The position numbers were made by a program, and so were the translations under genes. From positions 647,433 through 711,432 of the forward strand of contig CBDCPT010000004.1 of the NCBI GenBank assembly GCA_965220395.1: DNA of 64,000 nucleotides, written 5' to 3'. The notes beneath the pieces were generated by a model that searched no databases, was not told where the DNA came from, and was given only the letters and a program-made list of their open reading frames with translations. The stretch is from Arenicellales bacterium (GTDB lineage: Bacteria; Pseudomonadota; Gammaproteobacteria; Arenicellales; JAJDZL01). Positions 1-9,145 of the stretch are shown here, in pieces; positions within the stretch are counted from its first letter, which is position 1, and each line of letters opens with the position of its first letter.

Positions 1-74
1 CGTCTGAAGCATATACAGACCATGCGAACAATAAAAATATAAGAAGAATCTTGCGCATACATGAAATTTTAGAC

Positions 75-779
75 TTAGTCCAAATCAAATTCATAACTAT
101 CTTCAAATTCGATTGCAGGCTCTGAGGTTCCGGTCCAAGTAAATCGGTAACGCGCGAATTTACGAACGTTTCCGACCAAAGCGGGTTGGAAGCATGCAAG
201 ACAATCACCATTCTTTCGACGCACACTGGGATAAATAATTCCGGATGGATGCTTCGCCAAGAGAATCTCAGCGAGTTTTTGTGAATCTACATAACTAAGT
301 GGGTTAAGGCATCTTTCAAATCCTGGGTTATCTCGAATGTCGTGGTAAGCTCCGTTGAAATCTGCAAGATAGTCATCGTAGGTTACACTGTCATGGAACC
401 AGTCAATTTCACCAAACTCGACTGATTTGTACCAAGCAATTTCAGCTTGTGCTGTCTCTATTTGAAACCCGGCATACCATGCTCCTCGTTCCGGACCGTT
501 AAATCGACTTCCGAACGGATGAGTACACGTAAATGCACTGTTGATGATGTGGCTGCATGAAATTCCGAACACCAATTCGTTAATTCCAATTCCCGGGAGC
601 TGATCGATCTCAGCATGCTTTCGTTCACTGGTTACTTGTTCCAGCTCGGAAATTCCGCGTAGGTGATTGTGATTGTCCGAAATTCGCTCGAAAACGATTT
701 CACCATTTTCGCTGAATTTTGAGTGGATAAGCCGATGTGTATCTAGTTGCAGTATCTGTGAAATATTCGGGATTTTCAA
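75..779 (-). CDS. RES-domain toxin (type II TA, MbcT/ParT-like NAD+-targeting family)
   Basis: 234 aa. RES signature residues are in the expected context (GSRFN ... E ... IIYPSVRR). Overlaps the upstream antitoxin gene by 4 nt (776..779). Confidence 0.8.
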   Translation of the reverse strand: MKIPNISQILQLDTHRLIHSKFSENGEIVFERISDNHNHLRGISELEQVTSERKHAEIDQLPGIGINELVFGISCSHIINSAFTCTHPFGSRFNGPERGAWYAGFQIETAQAEIAWYKSVEFGEIDWFHDSVTYDDYLADFNGAYHDIRDNPGFERCLNPLSYVDSQKLAEILLAKHPSGIIYPSVRRKNGDCLACFQPALVGNVRKFARYRFTWTGTSEPAIEFEDSYEFDLD

Positions 780-1225
780 TAGCCTCCTTGCCGCGCATCC
801 AAGAGCTTTCGGAGTATTGCAAATGCTGGTATACCACCCTGTATAAGAAATTCAAGCGGCGTCGCGCCTCTGAAAATTCTGTTTCTATTTGGAAGTTGCA
901 TCCAACGGTCTGCCAACTCTTCACTGTAAATGATGTTCAAAGCTTTAAATATTCCAATAAGATAGGAAATTCGGGTTAGTTTATCTTCATTGAGGGGACG
1001 TTCCTGCCCCTTCTTCAAAGAGTAATAGACACCATTCGAAACACCGCCAAGCAACAATCGTGCATCGATATCTCGAATTCTCCAATGAGCCGCAATATTA
1101 AAAAATACTCTTATTGCATCTGAACTCAGACGCTCGCGATCAGCCTGTCTAGAAAAATCAATTACGGACACAGTCTCGTAACGCGTTGCAGGATATGCAG
1201 TGTTAAAAGGTAAAATCTTATCCAT
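776..1225 (-). CDS. Xre-like/DUF2384 antitoxin partner of the RES toxin (MbcA/ParS-like)
   Basis: 149 aa. The C-terminal region (TPLEFLIQGG ... LLDARQGG) is typical of DUF2384 antitoxins. Translationally coupled to the RES gene. Confidence 0.7.
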   Translation of the reverse strand: MDKILPFNTAYPATRYETVSVIDFSRQADRERLSSDAIRVFFNIAAHWRIRDIDARLLLGGVSNGVYYSLKKGQERPLNEDKLTRISYLIGIFKALNIIYSEELADRWMQLPNRNRIFRGATPLEFLIQGGIPAFAILRKLLDARQGGY

Positions 1226-1296
1226 TTCAGAAGTAATATATCTCCATTCATGGAGAATTACAAGATTCTATTCACCAATTCGTCTCAAGTCTCAAT

Positions 1297-2454
1297 TCAG
1301 GTCGTATGCAGAACTGAAACCAATGCTTCCAGTACGACATCTAGTTGCTTTTTCTCGATTACAAGCGGTGGTAACAATCGAATAACAGTTGAGCCTGCAG
1401 GAAGAACCAGAATTCCCTGTTCTTGCATTTGCTTGATGAGCGGAGTTGCTTTTTTGCGAAGTTCGATTCCAATCATAAGCCCCAGGTGCCTGACCTCCCG
1501 GACGATCTTTGGTTGATTTTCGATCAGCTTTCGTACAAACTCATCGCCAAGCTCAGCAGCACGTTGCGCCAACTCTTGTTGTTCCATAATCTTGACCGTA
1601 GCAAGGAATGCTGCACATGCCAATGGATTTCCGCCGAACGTGCTACCGTGTGTGCCTATCGCCGTCTTTACCTTATCGTTCACCAGAATGGCACCCATTG
1701 GCACACCTCCTGCCATCCCTTTGGCAAGACACAGAATGTCGGGGGCCACACCGTAGTGTTCGCATGCAAACACCCTGCCGGTTCTACAGAATCCGGTCTG
1801 AATTTCATCGATGATCAGCAACGCTTCACGACTGCTGCAAAACTCGGCCACGGCTGATACAAACTCCCTGTCAGCCAGCCTAACGCCACCCTCTCCCTGA
1901 ACCAGTTCCAGCACGACAGCAGCTGTATTCTCATCGATCGCTTGATCAAACGCATCGATTCGATTATAGGGAGCATGCACAAATCCAGGCACCAAAGGCT
2001 GAAACGGCTCCTGATAATCCTTCTTCGCTGTCGCACTTAGCGCTCCAAATGTCCTGCCATGAAAGGCGCGCATAGCACTGACGACATTGCTTCGCCCGGT
2101 GGACTGCCGAGCGAACTTGATCGCCCCCTCAATGCTTTCAGCTCCCGAATTGCATAGAAATACCCGGTGCAGACCATCCGGACTGATCGAAACAAGTTTT
2201 TCCATGCATTGTCCACGGGCATTGTTCGGAAACACACCTGCACACGTCATCAGTTTTCGTGCCTGTCTTTCAATGGCTTCAACAAGCTTAACATTTCCAT
2301 GCCCAACACTGGCGACGCCTATGCCTGCCGTGCAATCAACATACTCCCGACCCTGATCATCCCAGACTGTCGCTCCACTACCCCTAACCAGCGTAATGCC
2401 GCGGCTCGCATATACACCGACACCAAATAACTTTTCCTGTTCGCTGCTATTCAT
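1297..2454 (-). CDS. lysJ: Class III aminotransferase, acetylornithine / [LysW]-aminoadipate-semialdehyde transaminase type
   Basis: 385 aa with ArgD/LysJ-like motifs (GHGN, DEIQTGFCRTG, LAKGMAGG). Last gene of the LysW operon. Confidence 0.85.
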   Translation of the reverse strand: MNSSEQEKLFGVGVYASRGITLVRGSGATVWDDQGREYVDCTAGIGVASVGHGNVKLVEAIERQARKLMTCAGVFPNNARGQCMEKLVSISPDGLHRVFLCNSGAESIEGAIKFARQSTGRSNVVSAMRAFHGRTFGALSATAKKDYQEPFQPLVPGFVHAPYNRIDAFDQAIDENTAAVVLELVQGEGGVRLADREFVSAVAEFCSSREALLIIDEIQTGFCRTGRVFACEHYGVAPDILCLAKGMAGGVPMGAILVNDKVKTAIGTHGSTFGGNPLACAAFLATVKIMEQQELAQRAAELGDEFVRKLIENQPKIVREVRHLGLMIGIELRKKATPLIKQMQEQGILVLPAGSTVIRLLPPLVIEKKQLDVVLEALVSVLHTT

Positions 2455-2471
2455 ATTCCATTTACTGTTGT

Positions 2472-3308
2472 TTAACCGATCACGGTGCCGTTTCCACCAA
2501 TTGCTTCCAAATAAGGGTTTTCCGTACGTCCATCCGATATGATCACTTGCGTGTATCCTTCATCAAACAATTGCCGGATGGCAAGAAGCTTTCGTTTCAT
2601 TCGACCGCTCGCACTATCTTCGCGCATTTGAACATCGGACACCGAAAGCTTGCGTATCAAACTGGAAGGTTGGTCTGGGTCCGCCAACAGCCCCGGGGCT
2701 TCGATGAACTGGTAGATTCGATCTGCATCCAACTCGCGATGCAATGCAGAAATGATATTGTCGTTGTCTGCGTTGATCGCGAAACCGTCCGCATCGACAA
2801 TAGGAATGCTCAAGATCGGCGTATAACCTTGTCCCAACAGCAAACGCAGAAGATCACCGTTGATCTGTCGCGGCTTACCTGAAAAGTCACGCTTGATCAG
2901 TGTCTTGCCGTTTTCGCGAACTCGAATTCCGCGATTGCGTTCTCCCTGAATCAAGCGTCCGTCAAGGCCGCTCAAACCGACTGCGTTGATTCCATGACAC
3001 TGACAGCACTCGACGAAGCGGTTTCTAACTGCACCTGCATACGTCATCATGATCAGATCAACTGCATTCTGATCGGTATATACGCTGTCATAACCGGAGA
3101 CGGACTGGATCATCTGCGTCGGCATGTCGAGTTTTTTGGCCAACCGATCTCGTGCTGCATTCGCACCAAGAACAACGACGATGGGCTGAGGTTCGGTTGC
3201 AAGATCTCGAATTATGCCATCCACATTGATGCTCTCTCCTCCCCCCACCTTGATGATTATTGGCGGATCTTCAAGTTGTGCATCTTCGATTTCTGACATA
3301 TCAATCAA
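2472..3308 (-). CDS. lysZ: Amino-acid kinase, [LysW]-aminoadipate/glutamate kinase (ArgB/LysZ type)
   Basis: 278 aa. N-terminal IIKVGGGE kinase motif. Start overlaps the stop of the upstream GATase gene by 8 nt. Confidence 0.8.
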   Translation of the reverse strand: MIDMSEIEDAQLEDPPIIIKVGGGESINVDGIIRDLATEPQPIVVVLGANAARDRLAKKLDMPTQMIQSVSGYDSVYTDQNAVDLIMMTYAGAVRNRFVECCQCHGINAVGLSGLDGRLIQGERNRGIRVRENGKTLIKRDFSGKPRQINGDLLRLLLGQGYTPILSIPIVDADGFAINADNDNIISALHRELDADRIYQFIEAPGLLADPDQPSSLIRKLSVSDVQMREDSASGRMKRKLLAIRQLFDEGYTQVIISDGRTENPYLEAIGGNGTVIG

Positions 3309-3939
3309 TAATCCTAATGGTACGGTTTTCTATCGGAACCCAGCCGGATTCGTTTTCGTAAGGTGCAGAGCTGATGACATGCTCACCTTCGGAATACTTT
3401 TGATGCATTTGAAAGTATCCGGAATTTTCGCTGAATGCGGTACTGATCCAGGCTTGTCCCTGTTCTGCAATAATGAAATTCATTGCTCGCACGTATTGAG
3501 ATTTCTTCACAAGCAATTGCACTCCCTGCCGAATCGCACTCAGAGTATCACCATGATCAAATCGCTTGACAAAGTTGAACACCTTTTCCGCACCGATTCT
3601 CCCCTGCTCATTAATTCGAACACCTTGCAGTTCCCCATTGAAAATGAACACTTTCCTGCCATCAAAGAACGGCATGTTGTTTTCGATTTCAATTCCTTCA
3701 TTCCGATACGCACTTCTCGCATGAGCGAGAAAAATTCGGCTATCTGCAAATCGAGCAAAATCATCTTCCCATACAGGCTTGAGATTATGATAGAAAGCCC
3801 AGTCTCCAGACTCAATCCACGCACATCCCCATCCATGACTCTGATCTTCTGTACTGTTCCTGGCAGTCAAGGCAAATCTCTTCAGATGCGAACGAACATC
3901 AACAGCGTCCATAGCACGTACGTAAAGCAGTCTGCACAT
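3301..3939 (-). CDS. Stand-alone class II (Ntn) glutamine amidotransferase, YafJ/EgtC-like
   Basis: 212 aa starting MCR (catalytic Cys2). HARSA, NNMPF and FIFNGEL motifs are typical of class II GATase domains. No fused synthase domain. Confidence 0.75.
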   Translation of the reverse strand: MCRLLYVRAMDAVDVRSHLKRFALTARNSTEDQSHGWGCAWIESGDWAFYHNLKPVWEDDFARFADSRIFLAHARSAYRNEGIEIENNMPFFDGRKVFIFNGELQGVRINEQGRIGAEKVFNFVKRFDHGDTLSAIRQGVQLLVKKSQYVRAMNFIIAEQGQAWISTAFSENSGYFQMHQKYSEGEHVISSAPYENESGWVPIENRTIRIID

Positions 3940-3974
3940 TGACAGTCAGTCGCAGTATCGAAGCCTGATTGAAT

Positions 3975-5012
3975 TCAAACAGGAAACAAACCGGTAAATT
4001 CAAGGCCTGTTCGTTCCGGCAGTCCGTGCATGATGTTGAAATTCTGAACAGCTTGCCCGGCAGCGCCTTTCATTAAATTGTCCAATGCACTGACTGCAAC
4101 AATCCGAAATCCGTTTGGATCTCGTTCAAATCCAACATCACAAAAATTTGTGCCGAAAAGATGCTTGGGTTCCGGTAATCTATGAATGCCAGAGCGTTCC
4201 TTTACGATTCTCATAAACGGCTCATTCCCATACGCCTGGCGATACGCTTTCCACAACTCCTTTTCATCTGGAGCTTCCTGTTGTGTAAACACATGACAGG
4301 TTGCAACGATACCGCGAACCATATCGATGGACGTGGCTGAAAAGCATATCTGATCGATTTCGAGTTCCTGTTTCATCTCGCCGATATGTCTGTGACCAAC
4401 AAGCTTGTAAGATCGAACTACACCGCCTCTGACAGGATGATGACTACCCTCGCTGATTTGAGCGCCGGCTTCACTGGAACCAACTTTCACCTCCGCGATG
4501 ATCGAATCCACATCGAACGCCCGCATGATAGGCAATACTGCCAAAATGACTGCCGTTGCATTACAGCCTGCGCAGGAAACATAATTTGTTCCTGCAATTT
4601 TGTCTCTGTGAAGTTCTGGGATGCCGTAAACGAATTGCTCAAGCAGGTCGGCGCTGCCGTGCGGGCGACCATACCACTTTGAATATTCCTGAGGGCTGTT
4701 GAGTCGAAAGTCGGCACTGAGATCAATAATTTTGGGACTTAGGTCAAGATATCTGTGAATAGAGCTCATCGCCTCTCCATGCGGGAGACATAGAAACATC
4801 ACATCACACTCGGTAAGTTCTTCAGGTGCACAGTATTTCAGCAGAACTGACTTGCGCAAATTTGGATTGACTGAATGGACAAACTTGCCAGCTTTGCTTC
4901 GAGACACAATCTGTCCGATCTCGACTTGAGGATGACTGCTCAAAAGGCGAATCAATTCACCCCCTGTGTAACCGCTGCCACCGACTATAGACACTCGAAT
5001 ATTGTTAGCCAA
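3975..5012 (-). CDS. lysY: N-acetyl-gamma-glutamyl-phosphate / [LysW]-aminoadipyl-phosphate reductase
   Basis: 345 aa. VGGSGYTGGELIRLL Rossmann motif and a SCAGCNAT active-site Cys region, as in ArgC/LysY. Confidence 0.85.
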   Translation of the reverse strand: MANNIRVSIVGGSGYTGGELIRLLSSHPQVEIGQIVSRSKAGKFVHSVNPNLRKSVLLKYCAPEELTECDVMFLCLPHGEAMSSIHRYLDLSPKIIDLSADFRLNSPQEYSKWYGRPHGSADLLEQFVYGIPELHRDKIAGTNYVSCAGCNATAVILAVLPIMRAFDVDSIIAEVKVGSSEAGAQISEGSHHPVRGGVVRSYKLVGHRHIGEMKQELEIDQICFSATSIDMVRGIVATCHVFTQQEAPDEKELWKAYRQAYGNEPFMRIVKERSGIHRLPEPKHLFGTNFCDVGFERDPNGFRIVAVSALDNLMKGAAGQAVQNFNIMHGLPERTGLEFTGLFPV

Positions 5013-5332
5013 TTCAATCTCTCCTTAAGTTTCCGTAAAACGCAATTTCCAACTGTGGTTGATCAAAACGTGTCCAGGACTATTCAATCTGTGAGATGAC
5101 GTAGTCAACCATCTTTTCAGGAATATTTAGTGTTCGTCAGAAAACTCTACATCACATTGATAATAAAGAACAATCATCCGATATTTTCAAACGAAGAAAT
5201 TTCGGTTTTGGCGGATTAACGGGTTCAAAGGCGAATTTCGTTGCCAAATACCACAAACCAGCAAAATCTTCACTTTATAGAATGACATGATTAATCATTA
5301 TTATCAATGTGTTAAACGTTTTCTGGCAGACA

Positions 5333-5340
5333 CTATTTAC
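5333..5340. repeat. Left 8-bp target-site duplication of the IS66-family element (CTATTTAC)
   Basis: The identical octamer recurs at 8110..8117, directly outside the terminal inverted repeats. Confidence 0.85.
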
Positions 5341-5492
5341 GTATCTGTTCAGTGTAGCAGTGGAGTGATAACTGGACTGGGGTTCATGGTCAGTAAATGA
5401 TGTCGAGGATATCGATTGCTGAGGAGGTTATGGATAAAAAAAAGTTCACTGGGGGCTGGATACCATAAACGAAATCTGATATATAACGGTCT

Positions 5493-7148
5493 ATGCAGAT
5501 AGCAAAGGCCATTCCAGGAAAAGAGCAATGCAGCTGCGAATGCTGTGAATTGTCGCGTGAGCGCGAGGCTCAGATACGCCGCGAGCACGCTGAACAGGTG
5601 GCGGCGCTGAGCAGTCGCCATGCCAAAACAGAGGCAAGACTAGAGGCAAGACTAGAGGTATTGCAAGGTGTCCGCGGTGTCAGTAGCACTTTACGGCGTC
5701 AGGCGGAGAAGATTGCGAAAATTAGCCGTCGCAATGCTGAGTTGGAAGCCGAGTTGTCGAAATTCAAGTCTCGTGCCCGGCGCGATCGTCAAAAGCAGTA
5801 TGGCAAGAGTTCTGAGAAGCGAAGCGTCGCAGACAAGCCCAAGCGAAAGCGCGGTGCGCAGCCCGGTCACGGTGGTCGAAGTCGCACGGCACGGGATGAT
5901 TTGCCGAAAGTTGAGGATCGTCAAAGTTTTCCGGAAGTGCCGCGTTGCGACGAATGCGGTGAATGCTACTGTTTCAACGGAACTGCAGACACCGAACGTC
6001 GAGAAATTGAAGTCAAGGCGTACACCCGGACCATCAAACGCGATCGGTGGCAGCGGAGCTGTGGCTGTGACAGTCAGCCTGCGTCAGTGACTGCCGAGGC
6101 GCCGGCGCAGTTGATTGCCGGTGCTGAGTATGGGACCTCGATATGGTCGGACTATCTGTATCAGCGTTTTTCGTTGAATCACACGGTATGCGGCATATCG
6201 CGGTGGTTTGCATCGGTTGGGATGACGATATCCAAAGGTACGCTGTTGCAGCATGACTCGAAGTTTCTGGCATTGTTCAGTCCGATTTATCAAGCCATAG
6301 GGGAGTATCAGAAACTGGCTCGTTCGGTGCATGTGGATGAGACTGGCTGGCTGCTGTCAAGTTCGGAAAGCGCCAGTTCCAAGTACTGGTGCTGGGGCTG
6401 TGCGACTGAGGATTCGGTGCGTTTTTCAGTTGATCCCAAGCGCAGTGCGGCAGCGGGTTTGAAGCTGCTTTGCGGTTTTGACAAGGTCGAGGTATTGGTG
6501 TGTGACCGGTTCAGTTCCTATGGGCCGATCTCCCGTGCACTGGGTGTTGAACTGGCGTATTGTTGGGTCCATGCGCGGCGTGATTTCGTGAATGCGCAGC
6601 GCGGTGACAAGAAACTTGGTCGCTGGTCAGAGGCCTGGGTCAGACGCATCGGCAAGTTGTATTGGTTGAACAAACGGCGTTTGCGTTATTACGATTCCGA
6701 TGTGGAATTGAGCGCTCAAGATGGGTTGTATGAAAAAGCCGACAAGCGCTTGGCGGATGAGCTGAATGAGTTTTTCGCCTTGGCCAAGCGTCAGCTTGAA
6801 GCTGTGAGCTGTGATTCACCGAAACATGAAGGGCTATCGAGGCTGGTGAAGTTTGAAAAAGGCTTGCGGGTATTTGCAGATCGTCCTTGGGTGAGCATGG
6901 ATAACAATCTGATCGAAAGGTCGCTGCGGCCGATGGTGACGGTGCGCAAGATGTCGTATGGCTCGAAAACCGAAGCGGCGGCGGCGCTGATCGGTTGCAT
7001 GGAGTCGGTGTTTGCGACCTTGCGGATGAATGGGATTGACGAGCGCAAGTGGCTGAAGGGTTATCTTTTGGCGTGTGCCGAGGCTGGTGGAGCGCCGTCA
7101 GACCTGGAGCCATGGCTGCCTTGGGGTACTTGGTCAATACCGCCGTGA
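5493..7148 (+). CDS. IS66-family transposase (TnpC-like)
   Basis: 551 aa. N-terminal coiled coil, Cys-rich CDECGECY zinc motif, and HVDETGW / YCWVHARRDF DDE-region motifs characteristic of IS66 transposases. Confidence 0.9.
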   Translation: MQIAKAIPGKEQCSCECCELSREREAQIRREHAEQVAALSSRHAKTEARLEARLEVLQGVRGVSSTLRRQAEKIAKISRRNAELEAELSKFKSRARRDRQKQYGKSSEKRSVADKPKRKRGAQPGHGGRSRTARDDLPKVEDRQSFPEVPRCDECGECYCFNGTADTERREIEVKAYTRTIKRDRWQRSCGCDSQPASVTAEAPAQLIAGAEYGTSIWSDYLYQRFSLNHTVCGISRWFASVGMTISKGTLLQHDSKFLALFSPIYQAIGEYQKLARSVHVDETGWLLSSSESASSKYWCWGCATEDSVRFSVDPKRSAAAGLKLLCGFDKVEVLVCDRFSSYGPISRALGVELAYCWVHARRDFVNAQRGDKKLGRWSEAWVRRIGKLYWLNKRRLRYYDSDVELSAQDGLYEKADKRLADELNEFFALAKRQLEAVSCDSPKHEGLSRLVKFEKGLRVFADRPWVSMDNNLIERSLRPMVTVRKMSYGSKTEAAAALIGCMESVFATLRMNGIDERKWLKGYLLACAEAGGAPSDLEPWLPWGTWSIPP

Positions 7149-7162
7149 GCGGCGACCGATTG

Positions 7163-8026
7163 ATGCGTTACTGCGGGCGGGATTTCACCGAACAGGAGAT
7201 TCGATGGATCCGGCGCTGTGCTGCCGAAAGCGTCAATCGCAGCCAACACGCCAAACGCGTGTGCGAGCATCTGGGGTGGCGAAAGCCTGATGGCGGGTTC
7301 AAGCAAATGAGTGCCAAAGTCGCGCTGTTGCGCATGCATCGAGACGGTGTCATCGAATTGCCGGCTGTTACCGCCCGGGTTCCGCGCAAGCCGGCTGACT
7401 TGCAAAACATCGTTGAGACCGATGAGCCTCCGCAACGGCTTTTGCCGCCCAGCGAGCTGGACCAAGTGCGACCGCTGCAGTGGGAGATTATCTGTGCAGG
7501 CCCCAACAGCCGTATCTGGAATTCATTCATCGAGCGTTATCACTATCTTGGCTATAAGCCACTGCCGGGTGCGCAGATGCGCTATCTGATCCGTTCATCG
7601 GCCGGTGAGCCGCTGGCGCTGATGGGCTTTGGCGCTTGTGCCTGGAAGACTGCACCGAGGGATCTGTTCATTGGCTGGGATGCTGACACGCGCCAGAAAA
7701 ACTTGTCACTGGTGGTCAACAATGCGCGGTTTTTGATCCTGCCGTGGGTGCGCATTCCCAATTTGGCTTCGCACCTACTTGCACAATGCGAAAAACGGCT
7801 GCCGGGTGACTGGCAGCAACGCTATGCGATCACGCCGGTATTGCTTGAGACATTTTGCGAGAAACCGCGTTTTGCCGGAATTTGTTACCGTGCCGCCAAC
7901 TGGACGCTGGTGGGTGAAACCCAAGGCCGCGGAAAAATGGACCGATTCAAAGAACATGCACTGCCGATCAAGGATGTTTGGTTAAGACCGCTGCAGAAAA
8001 ACTGGCGTGAAATCCTCAATGTCTGA
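7163..8026 (+). CDS. DUF4338 domain protein (DruA-like), passenger inside the IS66 element
   Basis: The track ORF is 7049..8026. The likely start is ATG 7163 (MRYCGRDFTE), 14 nt after the transposase stop. YHYLGY, GAQMRY, NNARFLILPW and YRAANW motifs match DUF4338 as I recall it. Confidence 0.75.
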   Translation: MRYCGRDFTEQEIRWIRRCAAESVNRSQHAKRVCEHLGWRKPDGGFKQMSAKVALLRMHRDGVIELPAVTARVPRKPADLQNIVETDEPPQRLLPPSELDQVRPLQWEIICAGPNSRIWNSFIERYHYLGYKPLPGAQMRYLIRSSAGEPLALMGFGACAWKTAPRDLFIGWDADTRQKNLSLVVNNARFLILPWVRIPNLASHLLAQCEKRLPGDWQQRYAITPVLLETFCEKPRFAGICYRAANWTLVGETQGRGKMDRFKEHALPIKDVWLRPLQKNWREILNV

Positions 8027-8105
8027 AGCGCAACAGTCGCAACACTCAGCGTTTCGAACTCCAATTCCGGCAGCAATCCGCTACAATCACACCCACACTG
8101 AACAC

Positions 8106-8903
8106 TTACCTATTTACACTTGTCGGCATGATGCTGTTTCGAAATTCCATGGTGTAATTGATTTCATTGACAAGAAATCCTCTGTCCGTCTCAAAGATGT
8201 CAATAGCAAGAACACCTCCACCAACGGCTTGCGCGGCTGCAAGAGAAATCTCTGCAATTTCGCTTGTTACAGGACAGTTTGAAGCAACAGCACCTCGTGC
8301 AGTATTCGTGATCCAGTGTTTGGATTCTCGATAGATTGCCGCAATACACTCATCCCCTACTACGAAAGAACGAATATCGCGTCCATGTTTTTCAACGTAC
8401 TCTTGAATATAGAAAATCGAATGCTGGTAGGAACCCAGTGTTTTCTTGTGCTCCAGAATCGCTTCTGCTGCTTGGCGATCATTGATTTTGGACAGCAACC
8501 GTCCCCAAGAACCAACCACTGGTTTCAATACAACCGGATATCTGAGTTCATCAATTGCATTGAGTGCAGACTCTTCAGTATAGGCAACACGAATTTCGGG
8601 TTGCGGAACATGATTTGTACTGAGTGCAATGGATGACTCGATCTTGTCGCCGCACATCTGCGCGACGTCGGCTCGATTAACGCATGGCAACCCAGCACTT
8701 TCTAACAGTCTCAGGCTGTAGAGGGCACGAGAATGATTGATGCACCGCTCGAAGACAACATCAAATTCCGGAACATAGTCCAGATCAAACACCAAAGCCC
8801 TGTCATCCAGAACCACTACTTCCACACCTTTGCGCCGGCGAAATTCCTCAAGCAGAAGCTTCTCCTCGACTCGCAGCAAGGAGTGTAGAAATCCGATCTT
8901 CAC
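8106..8903 (-). CDS. lysX: ATP-grasp ligase, LysX/RimK family, 3' end truncated by the IS66 insertion
   Basis: 265 aa, RimK/LysX-like. Its stop codon (8106..8108) lies inside the IS right end. Joining the flanks restores a 283-aa ORF that ends at 5275. Confidence 0.8.
   Translation of the reverse strand: MKIGFLHSLLRVEEKLLLEEFRRRKGVEVVVLDDRALVFDLDYVPEFDVVFERCINHSRALYSLRLLESAGLPCVNRADVAQMCGDKIESSIALSTNHVPQPEIRVAYTEESALNAIDELRYPVVLKPVVGSWGRLLSKINDRQAAEAILEHKKTLGSYQHSIFYIQEYVEKHGRDIRSFVVGDECIAAIYRESKHWITNTARGAVASNCPVTSEIAEISLAAAQAVGGGVLAIDIFETDRGFLVNEINYTMEFRNSIMPTSVNR
8110..8117. repeat. Right 8-bp target-site duplication (CTATTTAC)
   Basis: Identical to 5333..5340. Confidence 0.85.
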
Positions 8904-8937
8904 TTAAGTCCTTTTGTCCACCAAATTCAATCCAATC

Positions 8938-9102
8938 TTACTGTCCCCAATCCTCATCCAAATCCGGCGCTAAATCAAGCGTATCAGGATCTATGCTGAT
9001 GACTTCCAGTTCAGAGCCGCATTCAGGGCATTCAATCAATTCACCTTCAATCGTGTCTTCCTCGAATTCGATCTGGCATGCACAAACCGGACATTCTGCC
9101 AT
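8938..9102 (-). CDS. lysW: LysW-type amino-group carrier protein (54 aa, not in the ORF track)
   Basis: Hand translation: MAECPVCACQIEFEEDTIEGELIECPECGSELEVISIDPDTLDLAPDLDEDWGQ. It has a CxxC...CxxC zinc ribbon and an acidic tail ending DEDWGQ, where the canonical ending is EDWGE. Lies 34 nt upstream of lysX. Confidence 0.8.
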   Translation of the reverse strand: MAECPVCACQIEFEEDTIEGELIECPECGSELEVISIDPDTLDLAPDLDEDWGQ

Positions 9103-9145
9103 TACTACTCCTTCAAATTTCGTTATTCGGTTCTGTGATCAACAC

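Larger units (their letters stand above)
5341..8109 (+). mobile_element. Complete IS66-family insertion sequence (2769 bp) carrying a transposase and a DUF4338 passenger gene
   Basis: Terminal inverted repeats GTATCTGTTCAGTGT (5341..5355) and the reverse complement of 8095..8109 (GTAAGTGTTCAGTGT) match at 13 of 15 positions. They start GTA, as IS66 ends do. Flanked by an 8-bp TSD. One spot-counted 60-nt line is about 57% GC, higher than neighbouring genes. Confidence 0.85.

Noticed and set aside
1423-2430. Several 60-144-aa plus-strand ORFs antisense to lysJ (for example 1423..1857 and 2087..2356).
   Set aside because: They lie entirely within a well-supported minus-strand gene and have low-complexity translations with no motifs. 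They are shadow ORFs.
5636-5662. Tandem 12-nt repeat (GAGGCAAGACTA x2).
   Set aside because: It lies within the transposase coiled-coil coding region (EARLEARLE). It is too short for a CRISPR or a VNTR of interest.
6640-7137. 165-aa minus-strand ORF, plus other ORFs, inside the IS66 transposase and DUF4338 genes.
   Set aside because: GC-rich sequence gives long antisense open frames. The Pro/Ser/Ala-rich translations have no recognisable domain.
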